Shown here: piece by piece, positions 61,721-64,000 of the stretch | How the letters are laid out: every line of letters starts with the position of its first letter | How positions within the stretch are numbered: the first letter of the stretch is position 1 | Assembly: GCA_050253415.1 (NCBI GenBank) | Contig: JBFWJC010000002.1 | Location: 416,001 to 480,000 of the forward strand | Length of the DNA: 64,000 nucleotides | Direction: 5' to 3' | DNA from: Pedobacter sp. | Lineage (GTDB): Bacteria > Desulfobacterota > Desulfuromonadia > Desulfuromonadales > Syntrophotaleaceae | The notes under the pieces: generated by a model | Databases searched by the model: none | Told to the model about the DNA's origin: nothing | Seen by the model: only the letters and a program-made list of their open reading frames with translations | Made by a program: the position numbers and the translations under genes

Positions 61721-62110
61721 ATGAAATCCTATTTAGTGAAAATATCAGCCCTTTTTCTTCTCTTGTATGTGTCTGGTTGTTCTTCGGTGCGACCTGGTTC
61801 TGGGGGTAATTGGATTGGTTATACTGAGACTGGTCAAGCATCCTATTACGCGGATAAGCATCAAAATAGAAGAACAGCTAGTGGGGCCCTCTATAAACAC
61901 GAGCTCAAAACAGCTGCACATAAAGAACTGCCGTTCGGTTTAAAAGTAAAAGTCACAAATATCAATAATGGAAAAAGTGTCATTGTTGAGATTAATGATC
62001 GTGGGCCATTTGTTAAGGGACGAATTGTTGATCTTTCAAAAAGTGCATTTAGTAGTATAGACAGTCTCTCGTCAGGTTTAATCAGTGTCAAAATTGAAGT
62101 GGTAAGGTAG
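61721..62110 (+). CDS. Cassette gene: RlpA-like double-psi beta-barrel lipoprotein
   Basis: VSGC lipobox; GQASYY, TASG, TAAHK.LPFG, INDRGPF..GRIVDLS. Confidence 0.92.
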   Translation: MKSYLVKISALFLLLYVSGCSSVRPGSGGNWIGYTETGQASYYADKHQNRRTASGALYKHELKTAAHKELPFGLKVKVTNINNGKSVIVEINDRGPFVKGRIVDLSKSAFSSIDSLSSGLISVKIEVVR

Positions 62111-62111
62111 C

Positions 62112-62170
62112 ACATACCAGTCGTTCAAGCCGATGGCGGTACGCGCCGCGGTTTAGTTCCAGCGTTAAAA
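62112..62170 (+). other. attC site 5 (R'' box mutated)
   Basis: ACATACC (expected ACATAAC) AGTCGTTCAAGCCGATGGCG-GTACG-CGCCGCGGTTTAGTTCCAGC GTTAAAA, 59 bp. Confidence 0.78.
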
Positions 62171-62187
62171 ACCTGGGAGGATTATTT

Positions 62188-62451
62188 ATGGATGAACAAA
62201 GCAAGGATATTTGGTTTCCTGCCAAAAGGTACGGAGTCGGTTGGGGTTTTCCTATTACTTGGCAAGGTTGGCTTGTTTTTGGAACCTACATGGCTCTTGT
62301 AGGTATCGGCACTGTGTTTTTAGTGATATCCGAGAACCCCGTATGGACTGTTCCTTTCATCCTTTACGTTTTGCTGCTGTCTGGCGTGTTGATTTTTATC
62401 TGCTTCAAAAAAGGAGAAAAGATAAAATTTCGTTGGGGAAAGAAACCTTAA
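62188..62451 (+). CDS. Last cassette-like gene: small 2-TM membrane protein
   Basis: GGAGG RBS; WFPAKRYG.GWG.P.TWQGW; no attC recognised downstream. Confidence 0.82.
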   Translation: MDEQSKDIWFPAKRYGVGWGFPITWQGWLVFGTYMALVGIGTVFLVISENPVWTVPFILYVLLLSGVLIFICFKKGEKIKFRWGKKP

Positions 62452-62755
62452 ATAGTGCCTTTTCAAATAACCGGATCTTCCCCCGCTATAACAGACACCT
62501 TAATTCAACCCAGAGGGTTTTCCCCTGGCCAGAGTCAAAGGGCCTTTAAAGGTCCGACTCCAGACTCGCTTGTGTAACTCCAGATTTTCTCCCGTCATAA
62601 CAGTCCTCAATATTTCGTAAGCTTCCTGCGTGTGAAAAGATGGCCTTGCCGGCACCGTGCTCGTTATTGCCCATCCCCTCCCGGTCTGGTACTCTGAAGC
62701 GCAAAAATTAAAAATAGTCCCAGGACGATACGGAACATTCAACAGAGATGGGGAA

Positions 62756-63268
62756 ATGAAAAAAACAAATGTAAGCATTGGCTTGAGCAATCCTAAAAGT
62801 CCTTCAAACGTAGGTGCCGTGATGCGCGCTGCCGGGTGTTATCGGGTGGATTCGGTTTTTTACACGGGGCAACGATATGTGCGATCCGCCCGATTTCATA
62901 CCGATACGCAGGATGTCAGTCAGAAGATTCCGCTGTCGGGTGTAGCTTGCCTTTTGGACAGCGTGCCGGACGATATGAAGATCGTGTGTGTCGAGTTGGT
63001 GGAGGGTGCCATACCCTTGCCGGAATATCAGCACCCGGACAAGGCGTTTTATATTTTCGGCCCGGAAGATGGCACTCTCAGTCAGGGGGTTATCGACAGG
63101 GCCGATGCCGTGGTTTATGTACCGACTGTCGGGTGCATGAACCTCGCGGCCACGGTGAATGTTTTGCTGTATGACCGCTTGGCGAAGTCTCCAGCAACGC
63201 ATGCGAGTGACGCGTTGATTCGGGAAAGTCGCGATACCAATAACAGGGTCAAGGTCGCGCGCTGCTAG
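62756..63268 (+). CDS. SpoU/TrmH family RNA methyltransferase
   Basis: NPKSP.NVGAVMRA, YIFGPEDG, CMNLAATVN..LYDR. Confidence 0.9.
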   Translation: MKKTNVSIGLSNPKSPSNVGAVMRAAGCYRVDSVFYTGQRYVRSARFHTDTQDVSQKIPLSGVACLLDSVPDDMKIVCVELVEGAIPLPEYQHPDKAFYIFGPEDGTLSQGVIDRADAVVYVPTVGCMNLAATVNVLLYDRLAKSPATHASDALIRESRDTNNRVKVARC

Positions 63269-63383
63269 GCTGTGCGGCCATGTCAGGCTTGTAAATCAGG
63301 CCCATGATGGGGTCGCTGCAGGCTTTTCTGTCATCCGGTTTTCAATGTTCGTTTTTCCCTGGATTTTGCCGGGAGGTTTTTTC

Positions 63384-64000
63384 ATGTCCACAGGTCACGC
63401 CAACCCCCTTAAAGCCATTCTTTTCGCTTTTGCCGCCAACCTGAGCATCGCTTCGGCCAAGACGGTCGCGGCTGTTTTCTCGGGATCGAGCAGCATGATG
63501 GCCGAGGCGATTCATTCCTTTGCCGACACCGCCAACCAGTTGTTGTTGCTGCTCGGTCTGCGGCGTGCGGCGCGCCCGGCGGATGTCGAACATCCCCTGG
63601 GATACGGCAAGGTGACCTATTTCTGGAGTTTCATGGTCGCCATCCTGCTGTTCAGTGTCGGCGGACTATTTTCGGTGTACGAGGGCTATCACAAGCTGCA
63701 CTCCCCCGAACCGGTGGAGCATCTGTGGCTTGCGTTGGGGGTGCTGGCTGTTTCCATCGTGTTGGAGGGGTTTTCCATGGCCGGCTGTCTGCGGGAAATC
63801 AACAAGTGCCGTGGTCGTCGCAGCCTCTGGCGGTGGATCAATGAGTGCCGCAGTTCCGAATTGATCGTGGTCTTCGGTGAAGATTTTGCCGCTTTGATCG
63901 GTCTGATTCTGGCGTTTTGTTTTTTAATCATCGCCGGAGTCACCGGTAATGCGCGGTTTGATGCCGCAGGTTCGATTTGTATTGGAGTTTTATTGATTGT
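63384..64000 (+). CDS. Cation diffusion facilitator transporter (runs off the right edge)
   Basis: Hand translation: MSTGHANPLKAILFAFAANL...SGSSSMMAEAIHSFADTANQ...HPLGYGK..YFWSF; GGAGG RBS. Confidence 0.9.
   Translation, partial: MSTGHANPLKAILFAFAANLSIASAKTVAAVFSGSSSMMAEAIHSFADTANQLLLLLGLRRAARPADVEHPLGYGKVTYFWSFMVAILLFSVGGLFSVYEGYHKLHSPEPVEHLWLALGVLAVSIVLEGFSMAGCLREINKCRGRRSLWRWINECRSSELIVVFGEDFAALIGLILAFCFLIIAGVTGNARFDAAGSICIGVLLI

Noticed and set aside
62452..62755. A sixth attC, or a real gene in the 96-aa minus-strand ORF (62500-62790)
   Set aside because: No R''/R' pair with a convincing stem; the ORF overlaps the SpoU start and has no recognisable motif.

Overview
GC-rich bacterial chromosome segment. 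Gene order and protein sequences look Desulfuromonadales (Pelobacter/Syntrophotalea-like); this is an inference, not an identification. Four zones. (1) 1-6.9 kb: a cytoplasmic molybdopterin oxidoreductase with a Trm112-like/SAM-methyltransferase gene, gluQ and envelope proteins. (2) 7.3-33 kb: housekeeping block (rho-rpmE-thyX-prfA-prmC-murA-hisGDBHAF(I)E-yqeY-cvpA-mutS2-dnaG-rpoD-tRNA(CAT)-nif3-rnpB...rpsA-slyD); the HisI domain looks catalytically degenerate. (3) 33.4-51.5 kb: a 20-gene aryl-polyene/flexirubin-like type II PKS/FAS lipid cluster with a radical SAM/SPASM enzyme, a CrtI-like FAD oxidoreductase and a MITE-like insert. (4) 54.2-62.5 kb: an AT-rich decayed integron. It has a frameshifted intI 3' remnant on the same strand as the cassettes, five attC sites, two Y1-HUH (RAYT-like) transposase remnants with related GGGGACG inverted repeats, and a non-cassette ATP-grasp-like plus methyltransferase-like pair. 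That pair is bracketed by a 21-bp direct repeat and carries a 901-bp tandem duplication. The integron/HUH mosaic and the radical-SAM lipid cluster are the best candidates for undescribed biology. All product calls come from motif recognition by eye; no database searches were run.
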